A stretch of 54,813 bases of DNA from a virus: positions 1 through 54,813 of IMG/VR virus record IMGVR_UViG_3300002057_000001; one strand, given 5' to 3'. Below, piece by piece: positions 7,699 to 15,597 of the stretch (position 1 is its first letter; every line of letters starts with the position of its first letter). Under the pieces are notes generated by a model. That model was not told where the DNA came from. It saw nothing but the letters and a program-made list of their open reading frames with translations, and searched no databases. The translations under genes and the position numbers were made by a program.

Positions 7699-8205
7699 TT
7701 ATGCTCTGTGTTTTGCCGTCCTTTCACCAACCATCAGCGCAAGATGCGTGATCCGGTCATCAGGAAGGGACAGGGCCGCCCGGTGCGGCCCGTCCCTGAA
7801 CCGTTCCCAGCCCGCCTGATCATCGACATCAAGAACGCCGCCTGTAACCAGTTCATCTTGATCTAGGTTGAGCATGATGCTGAGTATCTGCCTGAGGGCG
7901 CGGCCCTCACGTTTTTCACAGCCATCTTTCATCAAAGCAGCGTGTTGCTGCTGCCTCAGTTCAACTGAGGCTGAGGGTGAGGGTGATGCAAACACCTCAT
8001 CTTTCAGCAACGGGCACCAATCTGGGGGCGGGCCATCCGTCAAGCTGGCTGTCACGCGCCCGTTTCGATGCCCGCTCAATGTATGCGGCAGATCACGGCT
8101 GCTATCCTTGCTGCAATAAGGAACATAGGCAGGGTTTCCAAAGCCCCCGCGATGATCCTTGAAAGGGCAACCCTCACACTTTGAAATAACTATTTTCCGG
8201 TTCAT
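7699..8205 (-). CDS. hypothetical protein with a Cys-rich N-terminal domain
   Basis: MNRKIVISKCEGCPF...YC...WCPL. An alternative start exists at 8220. Confidence 0.55.
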   Translation of the reverse strand: MNRKIVISKCEGCPFKDHRGGFGNPAYVPYCSKDSSRDLPHTLSGHRNGRVTASLTDGPPPDWCPLLKDEVFASPSPSASVELRQQQHAALMKDGCEKREGRALRQILSIMLNLDQDELVTGGVLDVDDQAGWERFRDGPHRAALSLPDDRITHLALMVGERTAKHRA

Positions 8206-8207
8206 TC

Positions 8208-8807
8208 TCACAATCCCCATCGTTCAGCGCATACAGGACCAACCCCGCGCGCAATGCTTTTTGAACACGTCAGTTCCCGGCCACAGCAAGCACATTCCCC
8301 GGTTCGACGGCCATGTGCTACGGCAGTATTCAGCGGATCAGCGGCAAGGCGTTTCAGCATGGGGCGCGGATCAGTGATGATGCCCTCACGCGCTGGGGTG
8401 AACCGGCCTGAATCAACCTTGCCGCAATACCGTTCCCGTTCATAGATATAGACGGCATCAGGGTTTCTGCTGCGCTGCCCTGGGGGTTTCAGAACAAACC
8501 CATCTATCTTGAGCCGGGGCCGCTTGATCCCAGATGCGCGGGCCACGTCAAACAAATCATGCAGGGGGTCAAGATCACCAACGGCATCAGCGGCCTCACG
8601 GGCCTCTGTCTTGGCAATCAGGGCTTTCACAGCGGTCATCTGCTTTTCACTGATCCTGCCGTATTTCCTGATCTGACCACCAACAGACTTTGCAAAATCA
8701 TTCCATGCAGCCAGCTTGACAAGGGCAGGGATGATGCCGGGATGCTGAGCATCAAACCGGGCAAGATTGCCAGACAGCTTGAGGGGCTTTTCAGCGGTCA
8801 TCATCAT
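8208..8807 (-). CDS. hypothetical protein with a DUF6011-like C-terminal CxxCGR...GxGPxC motif
   Basis: The C-terminus reads GECACCGRELTCSKSIARGVGPVCAERWG. Confidence 0.55.
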   Translation of the reverse strand: MMMTAEKPLKLSGNLARFDAQHPGIIPALVKLAAWNDFAKSVGGQIRKYGRISEKQMTAVKALIAKTEAREAADAVGDLDPLHDLFDVARASGIKRPRLKIDGFVLKPPGQRSRNPDAVYIYERERYCGKVDSGRFTPAREGIITDPRPMLKRLAADPLNTAVAHGRRTGECACCGRELTCSKSIARGVGPVCAERWGL

Positions 8808-9049
8808 GCCCCCTCACCTGTCTTGGGGTGAGGGGTTGCGTCACCGGGGAAAGCGTCAATCCATGACAGCCCGCTGAGAACCTGCAAGTTTGCTTTGATA
8901 GGATCAGTGCCATCAGAAAGGCTGCGCTTTGCCTCAGCAAGAGCCTCATTGTCACTCATCGCACCGATAGCGATAGGTGAGGCACCTTTGCCGGGGAAAT
9001 AGCGGTATGTGTGATAAGGCGCAGCAGCGCGGGGTTCAATCTTTGTCAT
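8804..9049 (-). CDS. hypothetical protein; start codon embedded in the CCGGACATGACATG box
   Basis: 81-aa ORF with no Shine-Dalgarno sequence. Its ATG is the last triplet of the conserved box. Confidence 0.6.
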   Translation of the reverse strand: MTKIEPRAAAPYHTYRYFPGKGASPIAIGAMSDNEALAEAKRSLSDGTDPIKANLQVLSGLSWIDAFPGDATPHPKTGEGA

Positions 9050-9112
9050 GTCATGTCCGGTCAGGTATTTAGTTTGTGAAACCGTCCTAAATCGGCTTCA
9101 CATCATTTGCAA
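9042..9112 (-). promoter_or_regulatory. conserved promoter-like module: TTGCAA-N17-TAGGACGGTTT-N16-TACCTGAC-CGGACATGACATG
   Basis: TTGCAA is at 9107..9112, TAGGACGGTTT at 9079..9089, TACCTGAC at 9060..9067 and the box at 9047..9060. A second copy of the architecture is at 12260..12334. The 19-mer at 9042..9060 is identical to 19086..19104. Confidence 0.45.
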
Positions 9113-9129
9113 CAGATAATTTACAGCAG

Positions 9130-9867
9130 TTATGTTTGATTCTGATCAGTCACAAGATCAAAGGCCGCCTGCCATCCCTCATCAGCCAGTATCTCAGCGT
9201 ATGTTTCGGGATGCTTTGCCTTGAGGTCAGGCATGTACTCAGAGGCGATCCAGCGGCCTCTGACATCACCTTTAGAGAGGTAGCCCGCTGAGGTTGCCCA
9301 TGCTGAGGGTGACAGGATGAGTGCCTTGAAATCAGCGCGGGTGACGTATCCCCGTTTCTCAAGAATGATCATCAGTTTCATCGAGCGGATAGCCCAGGAT
9401 GACAAGACTTTCGGGGATGATGCCCCGGCCTCAACGCGCGGGATATACTCAGGCAGGATCAGGCGGGATGTCGGGCACTCATCAACCCATTCATCACTGA
9501 AATACCAGCTACGGCAATTCCAAGTGCTTAGCTTTGGCAGGTTGTCATGGCAGTAAGATGCGGCCTGCCTCAGCACGGTAACGCCGAGGTGACGGCATAG
9601 GCTTTTCAGCTTGTGATTCACATCAGAGGGCACAAGTACCGCCCTGAAATCCGGCCCGGTATCAGAGCGTGAGCGCCTGTCTCTGACGGCCTGCTCAATC
9701 ACCTCTGCATTGAGGCGCAGCTTTGCCTCAACGCCTATCTGATAGCCCTGAGGACCAATAAGCAAGATGTCATAATTCTGAGTTTCAGGGTATGCCGTCC
9801 ATTCCTCAGGCAGCCAGTCAATGAATGAGCGGCACAAGGCGGTTTCAGCCTTGAATATCTTGCTCAT
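9130..9867 (-). CDS. hypothetical protein; possible PD-(D/E)XK nuclease fold plus a C-terminal winged-helix-like region
   Basis: The pattern E8...YDILLIG...IGVEAKL resembles a D...ExK nuclease core. KLMIILEKRGYVTRADF resembles a wHTH. This was read by eye only. Confidence 0.35.
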   Translation of the reverse strand: MSKIFKAETALCRSFIDWLPEEWTAYPETQNYDILLIGPQGYQIGVEAKLRLNAEVIEQAVRDRRSRSDTGPDFRAVLVPSDVNHKLKSLCRHLGVTVLRQAASYCHDNLPKLSTWNCRSWYFSDEWVDECPTSRLILPEYIPRVEAGASSPKVLSSWAIRSMKLMIILEKRGYVTRADFKALILSPSAWATSAGYLSKGDVRGRWIASEYMPDLKAKHPETYAEILADEGWQAAFDLVTDQNQT

Positions 9868-10112
9868 TGCTGATCTGCCTCAGCAGGATAATCAAGCTGA
9901 CGAACAGAGATTCCTGACTTTGTTTTTTTGACATGAAAACACTGCCCGACGCGCTTCACGATTGCATCCTTGTGAGGCATTTCATTCATTCCGTACTGCG
10001 CCGCCTGCACAGCGGCATCAAGCCGCTCAGGGGTGCATTGCAGCCGGATCACCGGGGCATCTGCAACAGGCTCCATGACAGTATCATTTTTCATCTGATT
10101 TTCCTCCATCAA
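9864..10112 (-). CDS. hypothetical protein
   Basis: 82-aa ORF; the start is ambiguous, with several Met codons. Confidence 0.45.
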   Translation of the reverse strand: MMEENQMKNDTVMEPVADAPVIRLQCTPERLDAAVQAAQYGMNEMPHKDAIVKRVGQCFHVKKTKSGISVRQLDYPAEADQQ

Positions 10113-10404
10113 GCTGATAAGACGGATGCCCTATGTTGCGCCCGCTGCGCTCACGCAGCTTGCGCCCAAGTCCCCGCATAGTGATAGGAACGGCACCGGC
10201 CTTTATGGCCTGTGCCCGCTTGCCCTTGGCGATGTCAAAATGCTCATGCGGGGTGCCCGCTTTCTGAATCCATTTCCGGGCAACGCCTATCTGATCCGCC
10301 ATTTCAAGCAGTTCATCTGTGCTGTCAGCGATCATGTGTGACATTTTCATTCGACGGAAACGGCCCATCGGGCTGTCACACATATCATCAACAAAAACTG
10401 TCAT
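10084..10404 (-). CDS. DUF4031-like protein
   Basis: The MTVFVDD...MSHMIADSTDELLEMADQIG...HFDI...AIKAGA pattern matches my recollection of DUF4031. Confidence 0.55.
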   Translation of the reverse strand: MTVFVDDMCDSPMGRFRRMKMSHMIADSTDELLEMADQIGVARKWIQKAGTPHEHFDIAKGKRAQAIKAGAVPITMRGLGRKLRERSGRNIGHPSYQLDGGKSDEK

Positions 10405-10493
10405 CTGCTAATCACCTTTTTCAATTATTCAACGCTGGCTTTCAGCGCGCGTTCCCATCCGAAATCCCACAATTCCCAATCACTTTCATCATC

Positions 10494-10826
10494 TTACCAT
10501 TCCGGGGGCTTTTCAAAGGGATTGCCGGAACGGGCAGTTCCGCGATCAAAGGCAATGCGGCCCATCTGAGAGGGGCCGCGAGCGCTCTTGCTTGCGCCTG
10601 TCTGCCACCTCTGAAAGAGCCGCCTTGCCCTCAGCCAGCGCTCAGCACCCTCCTGAGAGGCGTTGAAGGCTTTCCGGCTGTCAACACCCGCAACCTCACG
10701 CAGCGCCTCTGCTGCCTCATCCTTGCCGCATACGTCACGGCCCGTGCAATCACTCAGGAAGTGCTGAAAGACAGGATCACCGCACTTGATGGCGGCCTCA
10801 GCCGCATAGTTGGGCGCATCAGCCAT
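10494..10826 (-). CDS. hypothetical protein
   Basis: Start refined to MADAPNY, which overlaps the upstream stop. Confidence 0.5.
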   Translation of the reverse strand: MADAPNYAAEAAIKCGDPVFQHFLSDCTGRDVCGKDEAAEALREVAGVDSRKAFNASQEGAERWLRARRLFQRWQTGASKSARGPSQMGRIAFDRGTARSGNPFEKPPEW

Positions 10827-11331
10827 GCTCACACTCAAGCAGGTGCAGGCGGTCCCGTGCCGCGTTGAAGCCCTCAGGCTTGGGCAGGCGGGCATCTAGG
10901 CCGCTCATCAGGAACCGGCGCAGCATGATACGCTCACGCCGCTGAGCGGCTGCCCTGCGAGCAAGGCGCTTGCGTGTCAGCGCGACGTTCTGACGTATCT
11001 CTGTTTTCGCGTTGCGGAAAGAACGCCGTCCGAAAAGGTAGTGAACAACAGAGACACCGGCCCGCGTCCTGACTTCCTCAATCGGCTGACCAATCTGACC
11101 CATAGGCCAGCGCCAGAGACGGCAACGCCGCCCCCAGAGCATCACACGGATAAGCGCCGGGGCTGCTGCCCTCAGCGCTATCTTGAAATCATCGGTGCTA
11201 TCATGCAGGGCGGCCTGCTGCCCTCTCAGGCTTGCCGTGAACGCCTCAATAGTTTTCACCGGATCATTCCCGGCAACAGACAGCGCGAAAGCGTCTAAGG
11301 CGTGATCAAAAATTCTGGTATGTTTCATCAT
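10819..11331 (-). CDS. hypothetical protein
   Basis: 170-aa ORF. Confidence 0.55.
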   Translation of the reverse strand: MMKHTRIFDHALDAFALSVAGNDPVKTIEAFTASLRGQQAALHDSTDDFKIALRAAAPALIRVMLWGRRCRLWRWPMGQIGQPIEEVRTRAGVSVVHYLFGRRSFRNAKTEIRQNVALTRKRLARRAAAQRRERIMLRRFLMSGLDARLPKPEGFNAARDRLHLLECEHG

Positions 11332-11391
11332 CTGTCATCATCCCTGATGATGGGGTTGACGCGGGGTGACAGGCACCCCGCGCTGATCTGC

Positions 11392-11610
11392 TTAGGCATC
11401 TGCTGCCTTGTCCCTGAGTTCAGCGCCGGTCACTTCAACGCTGAATTCACGGGAAACGCCGTCATCCATGCCGTGAACGTCATAGACACGGCCCGTGATG
11501 ACAACATCAAGCGGTTCCCCGCCGTTGTCAAAATGCCGTTTCAGGGCATCACGCCCTTTCTTGACATCAAGCAAAGCAAAGCCGCTGCTGATCTGAGGGG
11601 GCTTGCTCAT
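11392..11610 (-). CDS. hypothetical protein
   Basis: 72-aa ORF. Confidence 0.5.
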   Translation of the reverse strand: MSKPPQISSGFALLDVKKGRDALKRHFDNGGEPLDVVITGRVYDVHGMDDGVSREFSVEVTGAELRDKAADA

Positions 11611-11936
11611 CAGCGGCGACGGCGCAGAGGCTCTGCCGGGGGCAGGCCGCCCTCAGCACGTCCGGGCTTGTTCAGCAACCGGGCAAACTGCCGCCGCAAC
11701 TGCCGGGAAGCACCCTCACCCGGATCAGCCATCATCATATCAGGACGGCTGAGGCTTTTGTCAGAGCGGTAAACTTTCCGCTTTCCTTTATTGTGCCGGT
11801 TGCGCGCGGCCCGCTTGCTGCCCTCATCCTGATACAGTTTCTCAGGCTCAGCAGAGCGTAACTGCTGGCCCATAAGGCCAAACCCCAGCATTGCTGTTGC
11901 GCTGCTGATCAAGCGCCCTAATCCGGTTCTCATCAT
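11610..11936 (-). CDS. hypothetical protein (N-terminal hydrophobic segment, basic C-terminus)
   Basis: Start refined to ATG 11936, with AGAGAGGA 8 nt upstream. The track start is a TTG codon. Confidence 0.5.
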   Translation of the reverse strand: MMRTGLGRLISSATAMLGFGLMGQQLRSAEPEKLYQDEGSKRAARNRHNKGKRKVYRSDKSLSRPDMMMADPGEGASRQLRRQFARLLNKPGRAEGGLPPAEPLRRRR

Positions 11937-12034
11937 GTCAGTGATCCTCTCTTGATAGAGCAAAGGCGCTCAGGAAGGGGGCGGGCATCAGGCCCGCCCC
12001 TAACCGGAAAGCCTCACGGCCCCTCAAAGGTGCG

Positions 12035-12259
12035 TCAAGCTGCAACCTTGTCAGCGCTGATGACGGGGCACATCGAATAGCTGCCCCAAGGCTTGACGGT
12101 TTCATTACCGTGAACCGGGCAGGGCTTCACGCGGAAACGCTTGCCCTCAGATGTTGTGATTGTTTTTGCAGTGCGCTTTTGAACCGTGATGCTGATGATG
12201 CAGTCATAATCACAAAGGCTGCGTGTCTGATACGTCTTGCCGGTTTCAAAAGTTTTCAT
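12035..12259 (-). CDS. hypothetical protein
   Basis: 74-aa ORF. TACCTGAC lies immediately upstream of the ATG. Confidence 0.55.
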   Translation of the reverse strand: MKTFETGKTYQTRSLCDYDCIISITVQKRTAKTITTSEGKRFRVKPCPVHGNETVKPWGSYSMCPVISADKVAA

Positions 12260-12334
12260 GTCAGGTATTTCCTTGATGTCATGTCAGGTATGTTTTGGCA
12301 AAACCGTCCTAGCTTTATGCCAGAACGGTTGCAA
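12260..12334 (-). promoter_or_regulatory. second copy of the promoter-like module TTGCAA-N17-TAGGACGGTTT-N15-TACCTGAC (TACCTGAC duplicated)
   Basis: TTGCAA is at 12329..12334, TAGGACGGTTT at 12301..12311, and TACCTGAC at 12283..12290 and 12260..12267. A degenerate box CCTGACATGACAT is at 12276..12288. Confidence 0.45.
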
Positions 12335-12354
12335 GAGTTTTTTTGCATGTGCCG

Positions 12355-12672
12355 TCAGGCTTTTTGAAACTGGCCCGTTTTCAAGCATCTGATTTTTGAC
12401 TGAGCGTTGTGCAAGCGATTGTGATCAGCCCTTGACATAACCTCTAAATTTTCAATTCGGTTGTCAGTTTTATCATCATTTTTATGATGAATGATCATGC
12501 CTGTCTTGGGTCTAAGGTTCCCTGCACTCACCCAAACCACAAGATGCTCATAGGCGTAACCATTAGGATCAGACAAAGGGTGAGATTTTTCAAGCCTTAG
12601 TTTGACATAGCCGGTAGACGCGACTGAGCCTCCCGGCTTCCACCTATGCTGACGTGATGCTCTTGCTGCCAT
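12355..12672 (-). CDS. HNH endonuclease (free-standing, homing-type)
   Basis: IIHHKNDDKTDNRIENLEVMSRADHNRLH is a classic HNH motif. The gene is lower in GC than its flanks. Confidence 0.8.
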   Translation of the reverse strand: MAARASRQHRWKPGGSVASTGYVKLRLEKSHPLSDPNGYAYEHLVVWVSAGNLRPKTGMIIHHKNDDKTDNRIENLEVMSRADHNRLHNAQSKIRCLKTGQFQKA

Positions 12673-12682
12673 TTTTGATTCC

Positions 12683-13345
12683 TTATTGAAAAAGAGATAG
12701 CTGCCCGCTGCCTTGCTGACCGTCCGGCACCCAGCCAGAACGGGCAGCGTCTCCCCATTGCTGCGCTATGGCGGCAGCTATGCCCGGAAAGGTCCGACTG
12801 CGCTCTTTCCACCGATCAGGGCCAGGGGGCATCCGGTGAACGCGCTGCTCACGGCCTGACACGATTTCCGTAGGCTCAAGCGGCGGCAGGTTTTTTAGCC
12901 AAAAACAGGTGCGTTTTGTTTCACCGTGCCCGAATTGCCAGGGCTGAACAGAGCAGGCGAAATCCTCATAATTTGTGATCAGCGCTTTCGCGTGACGGTG
13001 CATCACCGGGTTTTCTATCGCAATCCGGGGAATGTCAGCGTTCCAGAGGTCAGAGAACAGCGCTGCACCGTCCCTGAGGTCATCCCACATCTGATCAAGT
13101 GTCTTGCCCTTGGGCGGCACCTTGAGCCAGCGCACACCGCTGTTGCAGAGCCGGGTGCAGGGCGGGTGAGCAACCATCATCAAATCCCAGCCCCAGCCCA
13201 GCACATCACGGACATCACCCGTGATGTGATGATTGCTCATATCCTCAGCGGGCAGCAGATCACATGACCACGCATCATGCCCCTGAGCCGCGAACGCGCG
13301 CCGGACAACCCCAGAGAATTCACAGGCGATGAGGATACGGGCCAC
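12683..13345 (-). CDS. short DNA (cytosine-5) methyltransferase-like protein
   Basis: The motif I-like ACEFSG, motif IV HPPC and motif VI IENP occur in the canonical order. Confidence 0.55.
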   Translation of the reverse strand: MARILIACEFSGVVRRAFAAQGHDAWSCDLLPAEDMSNHHITGDVRDVLGWGWDLMMVAHPPCTRLCNSGVRWLKVPPKGKTLDQMWDDLRDGAALFSDLWNADIPRIAIENPVMHRHAKALITNYEDFACSVQPWQFGHGETKRTCFWLKNLPPLEPTEIVSGREQRVHRMPPGPDRWKERSRTFPGIAAAIAQQWGDAARSGWVPDGQQGSGQLSLFQ

Positions 13346-13349
13346 GGCC

Positions 13350-13814
13350 TCAGCTTACCTTGCCGGGTTCAGTAGGCTTGACGGTGTAGACAACGGCACC
13401 ACCGTCAGACGGATCATCATGCTTGTGAATCGACATGCCTTTCAGGCCGTCATTGATCATATCACGGGGCACCCGAATCTCACCACCTGCCGCCATGATC
13501 AGCGCGGCCATGCTCAGAGCGAGGTTGTCACCAAGAGCGGTGTTGCCAACGGTTAAACCGCGATAGCCGTTTGCCATCAGAGCAACAGCATCTTTCAAAG
13601 GAACATCAGCAAGAATGAAAAACCCGACAGCACCGTCAATCGTCGGAATCTCTGCATAGATGTATGACATCCGCTCAATACGGCTATCAATGTTCATGTG
13701 ATCCTGCACGATGAGCGGGGCATCAGGCATCAGAGCGACATCAAAGCCCCCAACGGGTGCCTGAGCAAGCTGACCGGCCAGCGGCCCGCCAATGCACATT
13801 CCTGAAAAATTCAT
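13350..13814 (-). CDS. hypothetical protein
   Basis: Start refined to MNFSGMC, with GAAGGAA 7 nt upstream and an ATGA overlap to the upstream stop. Confidence 0.55.
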   Translation of the reverse strand: MNFSGMCIGGPLAGQLAQAPVGGFDVALMPDAPLIVQDHMNIDSRIERMSYIYAEIPTIDGAVGFFILADVPLKDAVALMANGYRGLTVGNTALGDNLALSMAALIMAAGGEIRVPRDMINDGLKGMSIHKHDDPSDGGAVVYTVKPTEPGKVS

Positions 13815-13966
13815 TGTGGTGTTCCTTCTCTCCATGAAAAACAGGCGTTTTCACCCCCGGCAAGCAGGCTCTTGATGAGCCGCGCAAGCGTCGGGGATTT
13901 CTTGGGCAGGCGTTGCGCTTCCGCGATCTTTGCCGCCAATATCTGAGGGTCAATTTTTGCCATCAT
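13811..13966 (-). CDS. hypothetical small protein
   Basis: Start refined to MMAKIDPQ. TACCTGAC (13977..13984) lies 10 nt upstream. Confidence 0.4.
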   Translation of the reverse strand: MMAKIDPQILAAKIAEAQRLPKKSPTLARLIKSLLAGGENACFSWREGTPQ

Positions 13967-14009
13967 CAGGCTTTCTGTCAGGTAGATAGGTAAGGGGCTG
14001 AGGCCCGCG

Positions 14010-14204
14010 CTATTGCGCGGCCTCATCCTCAAGATAGAACATCTTGATTCCGTCAACATCAACAGATGAGACGCTGCCGCGCGCTTCCAGCTTTTCAAGA
14101 TCAGACGGGGCTGCCTTGAGTTCAGCCGGGGTCATCGGAACGGTGCCGACACGGCCAAGCGTGACTTTCTGAATCAGCGTCATTTTTCCGGGGTTCTTCG
14201 CCAT
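14010..14204 (-). CDS. hypothetical small protein
   Basis: Start refined to MAKNPGK. Confidence 0.45.
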   Translation of the reverse strand: MAKNPGKMTLIQKVTLGRVGTVPMTPAELKAAPSDLEKLEARGSVSSVDVDGIKMFYLEDEAAQ

Positions 14205-14208
14205 CTGT

Positions 14209-14478
14209 TCAGCCCTCCAACCAGCCGAGATTTTTATCATTGCTGTAAAAATACCGGCGCTGAGGGGTGAACGCCTCATACTTATACCGGCTCACCCCGC
14301 CCTCTGTGTCAGGATCAGTATGCCTGACAAGGATCATGCCGAGAAAGTCAACGGCCTGGGCATCATCACTGAGATACTTTCCGAAAAAGATATTCTCAAG
14401 CCGGGTCAGGCGGCGGGCAAACCCCTCAGCAATAGCCTCATCAATGTCCGGGGTGAAAACTGCGTGTGGTGCGCTCAT
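14209..14478 (-). CDS. hypothetical protein; proposed start inside an aCGGACATGACATG box
   Basis: The track ORF 14209..14553 starts at a TTG codon. The in-frame ATG at 14478 is the last triplet of a 13/14 copy of the box (14476..14489), as in two other genes. Confidence 0.45.
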   Translation of the reverse strand: MSAPHAVFTPDIDEAIAEGFARRLTRLENIFFGKYLSDDAQAVDFLGMILVRHTDPDTEGGVSRYKYEAFTPQRRYFYSNDKNLGWLEG

Positions 14479-14524
14479 GTCATGTCCGTTCTGTTTCCTG
14501 TAGTCCCTGAGATAAATGTCATCC

Positions 14525-14553
14525 ATTGCAGCAATGCAATAGATAATTTGCAA
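14525..14553 (-). promoter_or_regulatory. sigma70-like promoter candidate TTGCAA-N17-TGCAAT, overlapping the dyad ATTGCAttgcTGCAAT
   Basis: TTGCAA is at 14548..14553 and TGCAAT (minus sense) at 14525..14530, with a 17-nt spacer. Confidence 0.35.
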
Positions 14554-14561
14554 AGAAACTA

Positions 14562-15131
14562 TCAGCCCGCGCTTTTCAGGGCACGATAACGCGACGTGAC
14601 GGCCTCAACCGGCACATCCTCACGGGTCGCAATCAGCGCAAGTTTCCCGGTGATGCCCTTTGTCAGCAAGATTTCAGTATCAAGAGAACCTGACCACGTT
14701 GATTGAGGCAGCAGCATGTGAGCGGGAACCGTGACAATCTCACCCATGATCTGCCGCATCTGCTCAGTGAACATGGCAAAATCAGCGCGAATCGCTCTGA
14801 TGTCAGCGCCGGTATCACGCAGCAGTTCAACCGTCTCAGGGTCATCCTCAGGCGCATCACGGGCAAGCCAGCGCATCTGATAGCCGTAGCCCGGTTTCGC
14901 CTCAATGTGCCAGCCGGTGCCCTGTATGCAGCGTTTCGTTGCGTGTCCCAGGCGCAGCACCCTCACCCGGTCAAAAGGCTCAGCCTCATCAAAGATTGCC
15001 TCAAAAAGATCAGGATATTTCACGATCTTTTCTTTTGCCTTGTAAAGTTCGTGAACAAACTGCTCTTGAGCAGGGCTTAACTTGCGCTCACGTATCGCGC
15101 TGGGCAGTCTCAGCCCTCTATTCATCGTCAT
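14562..15131 (-). CDS. hypothetical protein
   Basis: 189-aa ORF. Confidence 0.6.
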   Translation of the reverse strand: MTMNRGLRLPSAIRERKLSPAQEQFVHELYKAKEKIVKYPDLFEAIFDEAEPFDRVRVLRLGHATKRCIQGTGWHIEAKPGYGYQMRWLARDAPEDDPETVELLRDTGADIRAIRADFAMFTEQMRQIMGEIVTVPAHMLLPQSTWSGSLDTEILLTKGITGKLALIATREDVPVEAVTSRYRALKSAG

Positions 15132-15342
15132 CTAACAAATCCTTTGCCCAAGAAACCGCGCGTAACGTCTGTTTGTAGAAAGCATCATCAGGCCGTTTGT
15201 TTAGCATACGTTTATAAAAGATTTCCCAGCGCTTCAATTCTTCAAAATTGTAAACACCTTTCCAACTTTTACCGGCAATAGTTGCAATGCCTGCCGCAAG
15301 ATCAACATCAGCAGAGAAACGGCCAAATGAGCGATAAGGCAT
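15118..15342 (-). CDS. hypothetical protein (AT-rich gene)
   Basis: 74-aa ORF. Confidence 0.5.
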   Translation of the reverse strand: MPYRSFGRFSADVDLAAGIATIAGKSWKGVYNFEELKRWEIFYKRMLNKRPDDAFYKQTLRAVSWAKDLLDDDE

Positions 15343-15597
15343 TTAACTTCTCAGGACCATAGGCAGGCGCTTTTCTGACGGATCACGGATAAACTCAGAA
15401 CCGGCACAAGAGCGCGTCACCATCGGCCCTGATCTGTGATTCTCAACAAAGCACAGCCCGTGATATTCAAGGCGCTTGGCAATGCCGAGAGCCGCCGTAT
15501 CCAGCCCGATACACTGATGCAGCAGATCACCTGTCAAGTTGATTGCGAGCATATCACGTAAGGCGGTTTCTGCCGTATGGCGTTGATACTGTCCCAT
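15343..15597 (-). CDS. hypothetical protein
   Basis: 84-aa ORF that overlaps the 3' end of the MT-A70 ORF. Confidence 0.45.
   Translation of the reverse strand: MGQYQRHTAETALRDMLAINLTGDLLHQCIGLDTAALGIAKRLEYHGLCFVENHRSGPMVTRSCAGSEFIRDPSEKRLPMVLRS

Noticed and set aside
10212-10868. 218-aa plus-strand ORF
   Set aside because: It overlaps two co-oriented, translationally coupled minus-strand genes and has low-complexity Pro/Ala/Cys-rich content.
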